Positions 51,072-60,407 of a stretch of 64,000 bases of DNA are shown here, in pieces (within the stretch, counting starts at the first letter, position 1; each line of letters opens with the position of its first letter). This stretch comes from Candidatus Marinacidobacterales bacterium. GTDB taxonomy: Bacteria > Acidobacteriota > Vicinamibacteria > Marinacidobacterales > DATDRI01. The stretch lies in assembly GCA_965226495.1 (NCBI GenBank), contig OZ245365.1:1952001-2016000 (forward strand), given 5' to 3'. The notes beneath the pieces are model-generated. The model saw only the letters and a program-made list of their open reading frames with translations, was not told the DNA's origin and ran no database searches. Both the position numbers and the translations under genes were made by a program.

Positions 51072-52508
51072 ATGAGGACGACCTTCATTCTCCTCTTTCT
51101 CGCGATCCACACCCTTGCCATCGGGCAGGAAGAGTTTGAGGAGCTGTTCCGCCGGGCGGAGGAGCTTTCCGACCGGGGGCGGGACGTCGAGGCGCTCGAA
51201 GCTTTTCGTGCCGCGGCTCTCCTTTCGCCCGACAATCCCTACGTCCACTACAACATTGGTCGCTTGCTCCAAAGCTACGGGCTCCTATCCGAGGCGATCG
51301 TCTCCTATCAGCGTGCGGCCGGGCTTGCACCCGAAGAACGTTCCCTCCAATTCGCACTCGGCGAGACCCTTTATCGGGCGGGACGAAAGGGCGAAGCCAC
51401 GCAACAAGCGCTGGAGTTGGCGATCGCTCCGCCCGAGCCAATGCCGGAGGCGATACTCATTCTGGCCGCGATCTACGAGAGCGAGCAAGAGACAGATAAA
51501 GCTCTTACCACCCTGGCTCGATATCTCGAACTCCGTCCGGACGATGTGAAGGCTCGGCTTCTTCTGGGGGACCATCTCACCGCGGCGCGACGCCACACCG
51601 AGGCGGTCCAGGTATGGAAAGAGGGCTTGGATGAGGAAGAGCCGTCGCCCGAGCTTCTGAATCGGATCGGTCAGAGCTTGAGTCGGGAGCCAGAGAAGTA
51701 TCCGGAGGCGGAAACTTATCTCCGTCAGGCGCTCGACGCCGATCCCAAGCACCTGGACACTCAAGTGCTGCTCGGAAGGGTTCTAACGCGGCAAGGCAAG
51801 ACCGAGGAAGGGCTCGAATTGCTCGCCCGCGCCGCGGACGACCATCCTGATGCCCCCAATGTGTTCTATGTTCTGGCGACGCTCTACCAGCAGTTGGGGA
51901 AAGAAACCGAGGCACGAGAAGCCGGCGAGCGGTTTGAGGGGTTGACCAAGGAGGCTGAGGAGCGAGATCACCGCGACGCACGGATCAGGGTCGCTTTCAA
52001 GAGCGCTCGCGGGCTTCTTGCCGCCGGCAAGGTTGGTGAGGCGGTGAGTGGTTTCGAATCGGTCCTCCAGATCGATCCGGACAACGTCGAGGCGCGCTCG
52101 ATGTTGGCGAAGATCGCATGCTCGAAGGGAGACGTAGCGGACGCTCAGAAGTGGATCGCCGAGGCCCTCTCCAAGGACGAGTCGGTGGCCGAGTCCCATT
52201 ACTTGCAAGGGCTCTTCGCGACCAGAGCGGGAGATCCCACGAAAGCCGAGCCAGCGGTGCGCCGATCGCTCGAGCTGATGCCTGGGTTCGCGGACGCATG
52301 GATGCTACTAGGCTCCATCCTGGCCGACTCCGGCTGTCCAGCCGAGGCCGTGGATTGCTATCTCAAGGCGGCGGCACTCGAGCCCTCCAACCCGTCGGTA
52401 CGGCTCAACCTCGCCACGGCGTATCACGCTCTGGGTAGACTGCAGGAGGAAGAACAAGCCATCGAGCGCTATCGGGAGCTTACTTCGACTAGGAACGTGA
52501 ATCCATGA
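51072..52508 (+). CDS. Tetratricopeptide repeat protein with signal peptide
   Basis: Repeated TPR pattern (A..L.PDN..VHYNIG; ALELxP; LNLATAY); hydrophobic N-terminus. Confidence 0.88.
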   Translation: MRTTFILLFLAIHTLAIGQEEFEELFRRAEELSDRGRDVEALEAFRAAALLSPDNPYVHYNIGRLLQSYGLLSEAIVSYQRAAGLAPEERSLQFALGETLYRAGRKGEATQQALELAIAPPEPMPEAILILAAIYESEQETDKALTTLARYLELRPDDVKARLLLGDHLTAARRHTEAVQVWKEGLDEEEPSPELLNRIGQSLSREPEKYPEAETYLRQALDADPKHLDTQVLLGRVLTRQGKTEEGLELLARAADDHPDAPNVFYVLATLYQQLGKETEAREAGERFEGLTKEAEERDHRDARIRVAFKSARGLLAAGKVGEAVSGFESVLQIDPDNVEARSMLAKIACSKGDVADAQKWIAEALSKDESVAESHYLQGLFATRAGDPTKAEPAVRRSLELMPGFADAWMLLGSILADSGCPAEAVDCYLKAAALEPSNPSVRLNLATAYHALGRLQEEEQAIERYRELTSTRNVNP

Positions 52509-54148
52509 GATTGGCCACAGGATTGCTGTTCTTGTTCTGGATGATTGCCGACGGAGATTTTTTCGTCGACGTGGCGAAAGAAAGTGGGATCGACTTCGTC
52601 CACTACAACGCGGTCACCACAGAGAAATACATGATCGAGTCGATCGGCTCGGGCGGCGGTTTTCTGGACTACGACGGCGACGGTGACGTCGACATCTACC
52701 TCCTCAATGGCTCTCCCTTGCCAGGTTCGGCGGAGACCAGCGAGCCCCCCACAAACGCTCTGTACCGCAACGACGGAGAAGGGAGGTTCACCGAAATCTC
52801 CGCGGCCGCCGGAGTCGACCACGCGGGATGGGGTATGGGAATGGCCGCGGCAGACGTCGACAACGATGGAGACGTCGACCTCTACGTGACGAATTTCGGT
52901 CGCAACGTCCTCTTTCGCAACAACGGCGACGGTACGTTCGTGGACGTCACCGACGAGGCCGGTGTGGCCGCGGGAGGCTGGAGCACGAGCGCGGCGTTCG
53001 GCGACATGGACGGCGATGGATTTGTCGATCTCTACTTGTGCCGCTACGTGGATTTTCGAATGGAGAACCACAAGTTCTGCGGAAATCTAGCCAAGGATCT
53101 GAAGGCCTATTGTCATCCCGATGTCTATGACGTGGAGCCGAGCATCCTGTTCCGTAACAACGCAGATGGAACCTTCTCCGACGTCACGAAGGAGGCGGGC
53201 GTCCACGTGGCCGACGATGGTAAGAGTCTCGGAGTCGTCTGGGGAGATTATGACAACGACGGGGATGCGGATATTTACGTGGCCAACGACTCCATGCGGA
53301 ACTTTCTCTTTCAGAACGACGGGAAGGGAAAGTTCGAGGACGTGACGCTTCTTGCCGGCGTCGGATATAGCGAGGATGGGCAAACGCAGGCGGGGATGGG
53401 CACCGACTTCGCCGACTACGACGGTGACGGTTGGCTGGATGTCATCTCGGTCCACCTGGACTTCGAGTACAACGCTTTGTACCGAGGGGGGCCCAGCGGT
53501 GTTTTCACCGACGTGTCCTACAACAGTGGTGTCGCGGAGCCCTCCCTCAATTTCGTGGGCTTCGGCGCCTTTTTTACCGACTACGACAACGACAGCTACA
53601 TCGATCTGTTCGTCGGCAATGGGCACATCATCGACAACATCCACCTCTTCAATAGCGTCTCCACCTACCGGGAGCGAAACTTCATGTTTCGCAACCAGGG
53701 GGACGGTGTGTTCGAGGAAATCGGTCTCCAGTTGGGCGAGGCGCTTGCCGTGGAGAATGTTGTGCGAGGGACGTCCGCCGCAGACTACGACCAGGACGGC
53801 GACGAGGATATTCTGGTCAACGTTTCCGGAGGTGCTCCCCAACTCCTTCGGAATGATGGCGGGAATCGCAATGGGTGGCTGGCCCTGCAACTGGTGGGCC
53901 GCGAGTCCAACCGGTCGGCGGTGGGCGCTCGCGTGATAGTCCGGGTCGGCGGGCGGACGCTCATCAAGGAGGTCAAGGCGGGGGTCAGTTTCCTCTCCCA
54001 AGGTGGGTTGGAACTGATATTCGGCCTCGGTGATGCGGCGGCCGCGGACAACGTGCAGATTCGTTGGCCTACTGGGGAATTGATGGATCTTGGGGCTGCA
54101 GCGAGCGGATCCCGCTTGACGGTGTTGGAGGGAGTTGGGGCCCTTTAA
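52505..54148 (+). CDS. CRTAC1 / ASPIC-UnbV FG-GAP repeat protein (paralog 2)
   Basis: YMIESIGSGGGFLDYDGDGDVD, YCHPDVY, YVANDSMRN, QAGMG, SNRSAVGAR, IRWP. Confidence 0.9.
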   Translation: MRLATGLLFLFWMIADGDFFVDVAKESGIDFVHYNAVTTEKYMIESIGSGGGFLDYDGDGDVDIYLLNGSPLPGSAETSEPPTNALYRNDGEGRFTEISAAAGVDHAGWGMGMAAADVDNDGDVDLYVTNFGRNVLFRNNGDGTFVDVTDEAGVAAGGWSTSAAFGDMDGDGFVDLYLCRYVDFRMENHKFCGNLAKDLKAYCHPDVYDVEPSILFRNNADGTFSDVTKEAGVHVADDGKSLGVVWGDYDNDGDADIYVANDSMRNFLFQNDGKGKFEDVTLLAGVGYSEDGQTQAGMGTDFADYDGDGWLDVISVHLDFEYNALYRGGPSGVFTDVSYNSGVAEPSLNFVGFGAFFTDYDNDSYIDLFVGNGHIIDNIHLFNSVSTYRERNFMFRNQGDGVFEEIGLQLGEALAVENVVRGTSAADYDQDGDEDILVNVSGGAPQLLRNDGGNRNGWLALQLVGRESNRSAVGARVIVRVGGRTLIKEVKAGVSFLSQGGLELIFGLGDAAAADNVQIRWPTGELMDLGAAASGSRLTVLEGVGAL

Positions 54149-54224
54149 CTCCGAAAACCCGCCGCCAAGGTCACCTGGCCGCCCTCCGGGCGCCGTTCGC
54201 GAACGTGCTAACATTAAGTTAGTT

Positions 54225-55136
54225 ATGGTCGATGAGCGCTCTCCTCCTCGAAATGCCGAGGATTTCCTGCGCCTCGAGTATCGGGCTCCTGGTTGGGAGT
54301 GGCGGCGTAGCCAACGCTCGCTGCTGTTTTCCTTCCTCATTCATGCCCTTTTCGTTCTAGGCTTTGCGGTTCCCTTCCTACTCGAGCTCATAAATGATAA
54401 GCCGGTTGCCAGCGTCGTCCTCGTTCGGTTTCATGATCCAGGGGAAGGAGACGGTGGGGGAGGCGGAGGCGGCGGGTTGGGAGGCCGCAAACCAACCGCC
54501 TTCATCCGGAATCAATCGAAGCCCGAGCCCGCGGAAGCACCCAAGACGCGTCAGGCCCCGATCGCCCCGCGTCGCATTCCGTCGATTCGTTTCGACAGTC
54601 TGACGGTGCCCGATCTACCCACCGAGACCGCTGCGTTCTTCGATAGGGTTTTCTCGCCCGATGCCCAGGACTTTCCGGGGCTTTCCCTGGAGGACTGGAC
54701 CGATTACGGCGGCCTGGATCCCGAGCCGAGCACCGGGGAAGGGGGCGGTATCGGCGGTGGAGAAGGTACCGGGCAAGGTGAAGGAACGGGTTGGGGTGTC
54801 GGCCCGGGAGAAGGGGGAGGTTTCGGCGGCGGGCGGTACAGCCCTGGGGGGTGGGACATAGATCCCATTCCCGTTTACGAACCTAGACCGGATTATCCTG
54901 CCCAGGCTTTGGAGAAGCTGATCCGTGGCGAAGTGATCTTGGAGATTCTTGTGCACAAGGACGGGTCCACGGAAGTCTTGCGCGTATTGAAGTCACTGCC
55001 TTTCGGTTGTGTGGATGCGGCTATCGAAGCGGCGGAGCGCTGGCGCTTCAAACCCGCGCTAAAGGAGGGTCGCTCGGTCGATGCGGTGGGTATCATTACT
55101 GTCGAGTTCGATCTGGCGACGAGGAAGCGAGGGTAG
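54225..55136 (+). CDS. TonB-family energy transducer
   Basis: TM with S..IH motif, Gly-rich linker, PDYPAQA..IRGEVILEILV..DG, WRFKPA. Confidence 0.88.
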   Translation: MVDERSPPRNAEDFLRLEYRAPGWEWRRSQRSLLFSFLIHALFVLGFAVPFLLELINDKPVASVVLVRFHDPGEGDGGGGGGGGLGGRKPTAFIRNQSKPEPAEAPKTRQAPIAPRRIPSIRFDSLTVPDLPTETAAFFDRVFSPDAQDFPGLSLEDWTDYGGLDPEPSTGEGGGIGGGEGTGQGEGTGWGVGPGEGGGFGGGRYSPGGWDIDPIPVYEPRPDYPAQALEKLIRGEVILEILVHKDGSTEVLRVLKSLPFGCVDAAIEAAERWRFKPALKEGRSVDAVGIITVEFDLATRKRG

Positions 55137-55143
55137 AGGTTTC

Positions 55144-55656
55144 ATGGGGCTCGAAGTTCTTATTACGAAAGAGAAGATTGCCGAGCGCGTCAAAGAGCTG
55201 GGAAAGCAGATCAGCCGCGACTACGAGGGGAAGTCGGTGCACCTCGTGTGTGTGTTGAAAGGAGCCTATACCTTCTTGGCGGATCTCACGCGGGAGATGG
55301 ATATTTCGGTGACTATCGATTTCTTGGCGGTCTCGAGCTACAACGAGGGCACGAGCACCAGCGGGGAAGTGCGACTCACTAAGGATCTCGACAGCGGCCT
55401 GGAAGGGATGGACGTTATTATCGTGGAAGACATTGCCGATACCGGGCTGACCCTCCGTTATCTTTACAACATGCTCCAAAGACGGGGGCCCAACTCGCTG
55501 AAGGTCGTTTCCCTTCTCTCAAAGCCTTCACGGCGAGAAGTGGAGGTTCCGGTCGACTATGTGGGTTTCGAGATCCCGGATCGTTTCGTCGTGGGGTATG
55601 GCCTCGACGTGGACCAGAAGTACCGCAACCTTCCGTATATCGCCGTTGTCGACTAG
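55144..55656 (+). CDS. hpt: Hypoxanthine phosphoribosyltransferase (paralog 2)
   Basis: VLKGA, SSY, IIVEDIADTGLTL, FVVGYGLD, YRNLPYI. Confidence 0.93.
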   Translation: MGLEVLITKEKIAERVKELGKQISRDYEGKSVHLVCVLKGAYTFLADLTREMDISVTIDFLAVSSYNEGTSTSGEVRLTKDLDSGLEGMDVIIVEDIADTGLTLRYLYNMLQRRGPNSLKVVSLLSKPSRREVEVPVDYVGFEIPDRFVVGYGLDVDQKYRNLPYIAVVD

Positions 55657-55668
55657 CAAACCGTAGCG

Positions 55669-56067
55669 CTACAAATTCCTTTTGTCGAAGGCGTGGGGCA
55701 GTAACTCCGCCAGTTGGAAGGTCCTCGTTTTCCCCTTGAGGTTGGCAAGGTGGACCTTGATATCCCCGCAGTACTCCCAAAGAAGTTGCCGGCAGGCGCC
55801 GCAGGGTGGCGTCAGTTTCTCGGCGCCGGTGACGACGGCGAGGGCCCGAAATTTCTTAACACCTTCCGATACCGCTTTTAGAAGCGCCACTCGCTCGGCA
55901 CAGACGCTCAAACCGTAAGAGGCGTTCTCTATATTGCACCCCGAATAGATTTTTCGTCCGTTCGTTTGTAGTGCCGCACCCACTTTGAAACCCGAATATC
56001 CAGCTTTCGCTCGGGTGCGCGCTTTGCGTGCGGAGCTTACGAGAGAACGCGCGGGTTCGCTGGCCAT
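55669..56067 (-). CDS. cdd: Cytidine deaminase (homotetrameric type)
   Basis: YSGFKVGAA, GCNIENASYGLSVCAER, PPCGACRQ, LLPHAF. Start ATG 56067 after GGAGG. Confidence 0.95.
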   Translation of the reverse strand: MASEPARSLVSSARKARTRAKAGYSGFKVGAALQTNGRKIYSGCNIENASYGLSVCAERVALLKAVSEGVKKFRALAVVTGAEKLTPPCGACRQLLWEYCGDIKVHLANLKGKTRTFQLAELLPHAFDKRNL

Positions 56068-56090
56068 CGTCGTTCCTCCGTAGATGTGGT

Positions 56091-56924
56091 TCAGTCGAGC
56101 TTCGCGAGTCGAGGAATTAGTTCTTGGAGAAGCTCTGTAAAGACTCCTCGGACTCGCTCTCCGGTCTCCATGACCTCGCTGTGCACCAGCTTTTGAGGCA
56201 AGATGCCGGCCGCCATGTTGGTCATGCAGGATATCCCTAACACCTTCGTTCCCATTTGGTTGGCGGCGATCACTTCGAGCACGGTGGACATGCCGACCGC
56301 GTCGGCTCCCATGGCCCTGAGCATTCGGATCTCGGCCGGCGTCTCGTAGCTCGGACCGAGAAGTCCCGCGTAGACACCTTGCCGCAAGTTCAACCCGATC
56401 GCACGTCCGGCTGCGTCGCACATCGACCTCAGCTTGGCGTGATAGGCCTCGGTCAGGTCGATGAACCGCGGACCCAGTTCCGTCTCCTCCGGCCCGCTCA
56501 TGGGGTTCAGGCCGGTGAGGTTCAATTGATCGGAGATGATCATCAGGTCGCCCGGCTTGAAGGCAGTGTTGATCGCTCCTGCGGCATTTGTGACGACGAG
56601 AGTCTTGACGCCGAAAGAGGTGAGCACCCGCGCGGGAAAGGCGACCTCCTGCGCACTATACCCTTCGTACGCGTGAACTCGTCCGACCATGACCGCCAGC
56701 GGTACGTTGGCGTAGCGTCCGAACAGTAGGTGGCCGGCGTGCCCCTCGACCGTCGAGCAGGGAAAGTGGGGGATGTCCTGATAGGGAATCGTGTCCGCCT
56801 CTTGGAGCTCCTTCGCGAAGGCCCCGAGCCCAGAGCCCAACACCAAGGCAACCGTGGGTCGGAGTTGAGACTTGGTAGCGAGAAACGACGCAGCTTCCCT
56901 TACTTGGTCCGCAAGCTGTCCCAT
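56091..56924 (-). CDS. punA: Purine nucleoside phosphorylase (trimeric type)
   Basis: LGSGLG, STVEGHAG, GRVHAYEG, TNAAG, GPSYETPAE, VGMSTV, TNMAAG, HSEV. Confidence 0.93.
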   Translation of the reverse strand: MGQLADQVREAASFLATKSQLRPTVALVLGSGLGAFAKELQEADTIPYQDIPHFPCSTVEGHAGHLLFGRYANVPLAVMVGRVHAYEGYSAQEVAFPARVLTSFGVKTLVVTNAAGAINTAFKPGDLMIISDQLNLTGLNPMSGPEETELGPRFIDLTEAYHAKLRSMCDAAGRAIGLNLRQGVYAGLLGPSYETPAEIRMLRAMGADAVGMSTVLEVIAANQMGTKVLGISCMTNMAAGILPQKLVHSEVMETGERVRGVFTELLQELIPRLAKLD

Positions 56925-56932
56925 GACGTTGA

Positions 56933-58141
56933 CTACGGGTTCAGGAGGCCGGCGATGGTTGCGGTCATAAAAGTCGCCAGGGAGCCACCTAGCACTGCGC
57001 GAAGTCCCAGCTTGGCCAGATCGGACTTTCGCGTCGGCGCAAGTCCCCCGATTCCACCGAGCTGGATGCCGATGGAGCCGAGGTTGGCGAAACCGCATAG
57101 TGCGTAGGTTGCGATGAGCTCCGAGCGTGGCGCGAGCGCATTGGCTGCCTTGAGTGTGAGGAGATCGGCGTACGCTACGAATTCGTTCACGATGAGCTTC
57201 TTTCCGAACAAGCTGCCGACCTCATTGGCATCGGCCCACGGCACCCCCATCACGTATGCCAGAGGCGCGAAAATCCAGGCGAAGATCTGCTCGAGAGAGA
57301 GGCCGACGTACTGGAGTGGCCAGTTAACGAGCGCGACGAGCGATAGGAAAGCGATCAGCATCGCTCCCACGTTCAACGCCAGGTTGAGTCCGGCCCCCGC
57401 GCCCCGCGCCGCGGCATCAATAATGTTCACCTCCGTCCGTTCCACCTTGAGCTTCACCTCACCCTTGGTTAGTGGCGTACCCGTCTCCGGAACCAGAATC
57501 TTGGCCATAACGATCGCCGCCGGGGCATTCATGACGCTCGCCGCCAGCAGGAACTTGGTTTCGATCCCCATCGATATATAGGCTGCCATCATGCCTCCTG
57601 AGATGGTGGCCATGCCTCCTACCATCAAAGTGCAGAGCTCGGAGTACGTCATGCTTGCGATGTACGGCATGACCACCAACGGTGCCTCGGTCTGCCCCAT
57701 GAACACATTGGCCGCCGTGGAGAGTGATTCGGCGCCACTCGTCCCCATGGTGCGTGCCATGATCTTTGCCATGAACAGGACGAGCTTCTGCAGGATGCCC
57801 AGGTAATAGAGGACGCTAAAAAACGAAGATATATAAATAATGGTGGGCAGGGCCTTGAACGCGAAAATGAATCCCAGAGTTTCCTGGTTGGCGAGGGGTC
57901 CAAAGAGGAACGCCGCCCCGGCGTCGGCCTTCTCCAGGCCCGCCGTGACCCCCCTACTGATCCAGTCGAGGCCCTTCTCGCCCCAAGACCACTTCATGAC
58001 CATCAAGGCGAAGGCGAATTGAAGTATGAGGCCCCAGAGGATCAGCCGCGGGTTCACGTTCTTGCGGTCGGTTGAAAACGCGTAGGCGATACCGAGGATC
58101 ACGACCAGCCCCACGACTCCAATGAAACGGTCTATCATCAC
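56933..58141 (-). CDS. nupC: CNT-family nucleoside:cation symporter
   Basis: FAFKALPTII, FMGQTEAP, ATISG, NEFVAY, YALCGFAN. Confidence 0.92.
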   Translation of the reverse strand: MMIDRFIGVVGLVVILGIAYAFSTDRKNVNPRLILWGLILQFAFALMVMKWSWGEKGLDWISRGVTAGLEKADAGAAFLFGPLANQETLGFIFAFKALPTIIYISSFFSVLYYLGILQKLVLFMAKIMARTMGTSGAESLSTAANVFMGQTEAPLVVMPYIASMTYSELCTLMVGGMATISGGMMAAYISMGIETKFLLAASVMNAPAAIVMAKILVPETGTPLTKGEVKLKVERTEVNIIDAAARGAGAGLNLALNVGAMLIAFLSLVALVNWPLQYVGLSLEQIFAWIFAPLAYVMGVPWADANEVGSLFGKKLIVNEFVAYADLLTLKAANALAPRSELIATYALCGFANLGSIGIQLGGIGGLAPTRKSDLAKLGLRAVLGGSLATFMTATIAGLLNP

Positions 58142-59457
58142 GTCTCCTTCGCCGGATCAAGGACTCTGTGTACAAGAGGAACAGGCGCCGGGGGCTCATC
58201 TTGAATGTGGTAAGCGCCGGCGAGCAACTGTTCGACTTCTTCCAACCGCCGGTTATCGTTGTAGTGAATCGTCACCAGGGTATCGCCTGCCGATAGGCGG
58301 TTCCCAATCTTGCTATTGACGACCAGTCCGACAGCGGGATCGATGATGCCGTCCACCGTCTCGCGTCCGGCTCCGAGCAACATGGCTGCGACTCCGAGTG
58401 ATTCGGTGTCGATGCGTCCCACGTATCCCGCCCTTGGACCCCGAACTTCTTTGCGGTGCGCCGCCTCCGGTAACTTGCCGGGGTCGTCGATAACGCTTGC
58501 ATCCCCGTCTTGAAGTCTCACAATTTCCGTGAATTTTTCGAGGCCCTCGCCCGAGGCGATCAGGTTGGCGGCCTTCGTTTTTCCTTCATCGACATCGCTT
58601 ACGACTCGGCCGAAGACTAGCATGTAGGCGGTGAGAAGCAAGGAAAGCTCCCTCAGATCCTCCGGGCCCTCGCCGCGGAGCACCGCGATCGATTCTTTCA
58701 CCTCGAGAGAGTTTCCTACGTGCGTTCCGAGCGGCTGATCCATATCGCTCACCACTGCCACCGATCGTTTGCCCATGCGGTGAGCGATCGATGCGATCAA
58801 GCCCCCGAGCTCAGTGGCGGAATTGATGTCCTTCATGAACGCTCCGCTACCGACTTTTACATCTAAGACGAGTCCGGTAATTCCTTCTGCCAGTTTCTTC
58901 GACAGGATGCTGCCTACGATCAACGGGACACTCTCTACCGTCCCGGTAACATCGCGAAGCGCGTATAGCTTTCGGTCGGCCGGTGCGATCTCTTTCGTTT
59001 GACCGATGAGCGCGCAACCGGCCTTGCCCAATACTTCTCGGAACCGAGTGAGGCTCAGACCGACGTCGAATCCCGGGATGGACTCCAGCTTATCGAGCGT
59101 GCCACCGGAATGACCGAGGCCGCGGCCGGAGATCATGGGAACCGTCACACCGGCCGCCGCCGCCAAGGGAACGATGATGAGCGACGTCTTGTCGCCCACG
59201 CCGCCGGTGCTGTGCTTGTCGATCTTCTCGCCGGGAATATCGGAGAGATCGAGGACCGAGCCGCTGTGAAGCATCTCTTCGGTGAGAGCCAGAGTTTCCT
59301 GTTCGGTCATGCCGACCAAAGTGACCGCCATCAAGAAGGCGGCAAGCTGGTAGTCGGGGATGGTTCCGTCGATGAGCCCCGCCATCAGAAATGCGATTTC
59401 TTGTCGGTCGAGCTCCGCTCGGTGTCGTTTGCGACGAATGATGTCGACGGCTCTCAC
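58138..59457 (-). CDS. pdp: Pyrimidine-nucleoside / thymidine phosphorylase
   Basis: DKHSTGGVGDK, SGRGLGHSGGTLDKLES, LYALRDVT, SILSKK, DVKVGSGAFMK. Confidence 0.95.
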   Translation of the reverse strand: MRAVDIIRRKRHRAELDRQEIAFLMAGLIDGTIPDYQLAAFLMAVTLVGMTEQETLALTEEMLHSGSVLDLSDIPGEKIDKHSTGGVGDKTSLIIVPLAAAAGVTVPMISGRGLGHSGGTLDKLESIPGFDVGLSLTRFREVLGKAGCALIGQTKEIAPADRKLYALRDVTGTVESVPLIVGSILSKKLAEGITGLVLDVKVGSGAFMKDINSATELGGLIASIAHRMGKRSVAVVSDMDQPLGTHVGNSLEVKESIAVLRGEGPEDLRELSLLLTAYMLVFGRVVSDVDEGKTKAANLIASGEGLEKFTEIVRLQDGDASVIDDPGKLPEAAHRKEVRGPRAGYVGRIDTESLGVAAMLLGAGRETVDGIIDPAVGLVVNSKIGNRLSAGDTLVTIHYNDNRRLEEVEQLLAGAYHIQDEPPAPVPLVHRVLDPAKET

Positions 59458-59480
59458 GATGAGTTGCGGGAATGAAATTT

Positions 59481-59515
59481 AGTTATCAGTTATCAGTTAT
59501 CAGTTATCAGTTATC
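59481..59515. repeat. Perfect heptamer tandem array (AGTTATC)5
   Basis: Read directly; lies between the pdp start and its predicted promoter. Confidence 0.95.
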
Positions 59516-59542
59516 AATGAGGCTTGATGGGACACGGTCGCT

Positions 59543-59572
59543 ATCATGCCGCGGTGTGCCGGAGAGTGTCAA
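59543..59572 (-). promoter_or_regulatory. Putative sigma70 promoter of pdp-nupC-punA-cdd
   Basis: Minus strand TTGACA N18 CATGAT. Confidence 0.55.
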
Positions 59573-59597
59573 CACGGTCGGTTAGTTACGCCATCGT

Positions 59598-59626
59598 TTG
59601 ACAGCGTCGCGGCGTGAGCCTACCAT
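59598..59626 (+). promoter_or_regulatory. Putative sigma70 promoter of upp
   Basis: TTGACA N17 TACCAT, 25 bp before the ATG. Confidence 0.65.
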
Positions 59627-59651
59627 CGTCCTGGCGAACGGAGAACGTGAC

Positions 59652-60269
59652 ATGGCAGTGGTCAAGGTCGAACATCCTCTAATAGAAGATGTGCTCACGG
59701 TCCTTCGCGATTCTTCCACGACACACGAAGAATTTCGTCGACTAACCAGGAAGCTTAGCCGGCTGCTCGTCTTCGAAGCATCGCGGGACCTACCGTTACG
59801 AGAGGTCGACGTCGAGACACCCTTGGAGACGACGCGGGGCGGACGATTGGATACCGATATCGTCCTCGTACCTGTGCTCCGAGCGGGGATGGGGATGCTG
59901 GAAGCCCTACTCGAGTTGTTCCCGGGAGCTTCGGTCGGCTACGTGGGGTTGGAGCGTGACGAAGAGACGGCCGTCGCGCGCCGTTACTACCGGAAGCTTC
60001 CGAATCTTCCCGACCGGCAGGTGTTTCTTCTGGACCCGATGTTGGCCACCGGTGGCTCGGCTCTGGCTGCTATCGAGACGCTCCAAGAGCAGGGGGCACG
60101 GTCCATCCGGCTTCTGTGCGTGGTCGCGGCCCCGGAAGGGATAGCGCTCCTTACGAAACACTGCCCCGAGGTAGATATCTACTCCGCGGCGATCGATCGG
60201 CAACTCGACGAACGAAAGTACATCCTCCCCGGGCTCGGAGACTTCGGCGACCGACTCTTCGGAACGTGA
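59652..60269 (+). CDS. upp: Uracil phosphoribosyltransferase
   Basis: HPLI, VPVLRAG, RDEET, DPMLATGGS, YILPGLGDFGDRLFGT. Confidence 0.96.
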   Translation: MAVVKVEHPLIEDVLTVLRDSSTTHEEFRRLTRKLSRLLVFEASRDLPLREVDVETPLETTRGGRLDTDIVLVPVLRAGMGMLEALLELFPGASVGYVGLERDEETAVARRYYRKLPNLPDRQVFLLDPMLATGGSALAAIETLQEQGARSIRLLCVVAAPEGIALLTKHCPEVDIYSAAIDRQLDERKYILPGLGDFGDRLFGT

Positions 60270-60407
60270 TCAGAAGCGTTCGACGATCGCTTGCCGAATC
60301 TGCGACCGACGTCACCGAGCTTCGCAACGGGTAGCCCGACAACAGCTTCAGACTCATCTCTGCTGTCTTGACGGAGTTCGAGTAATTCCATAGGATAGGC
60401 TGCTCGC

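Noticed and set aside
53087-54340. 417-aa minus-strand ORF
   Set aside because: Antisense shadow of the CRTAC1 gene, expected from GC-rich codon bias; no motifs.
55669-57098. Long N-terminal extensions on cdd and punA in the ORF track
   Set aside because: They overlap upstream genes; starts at 56067 and 56924 give normal lengths (GGAGG RBS before 56067).
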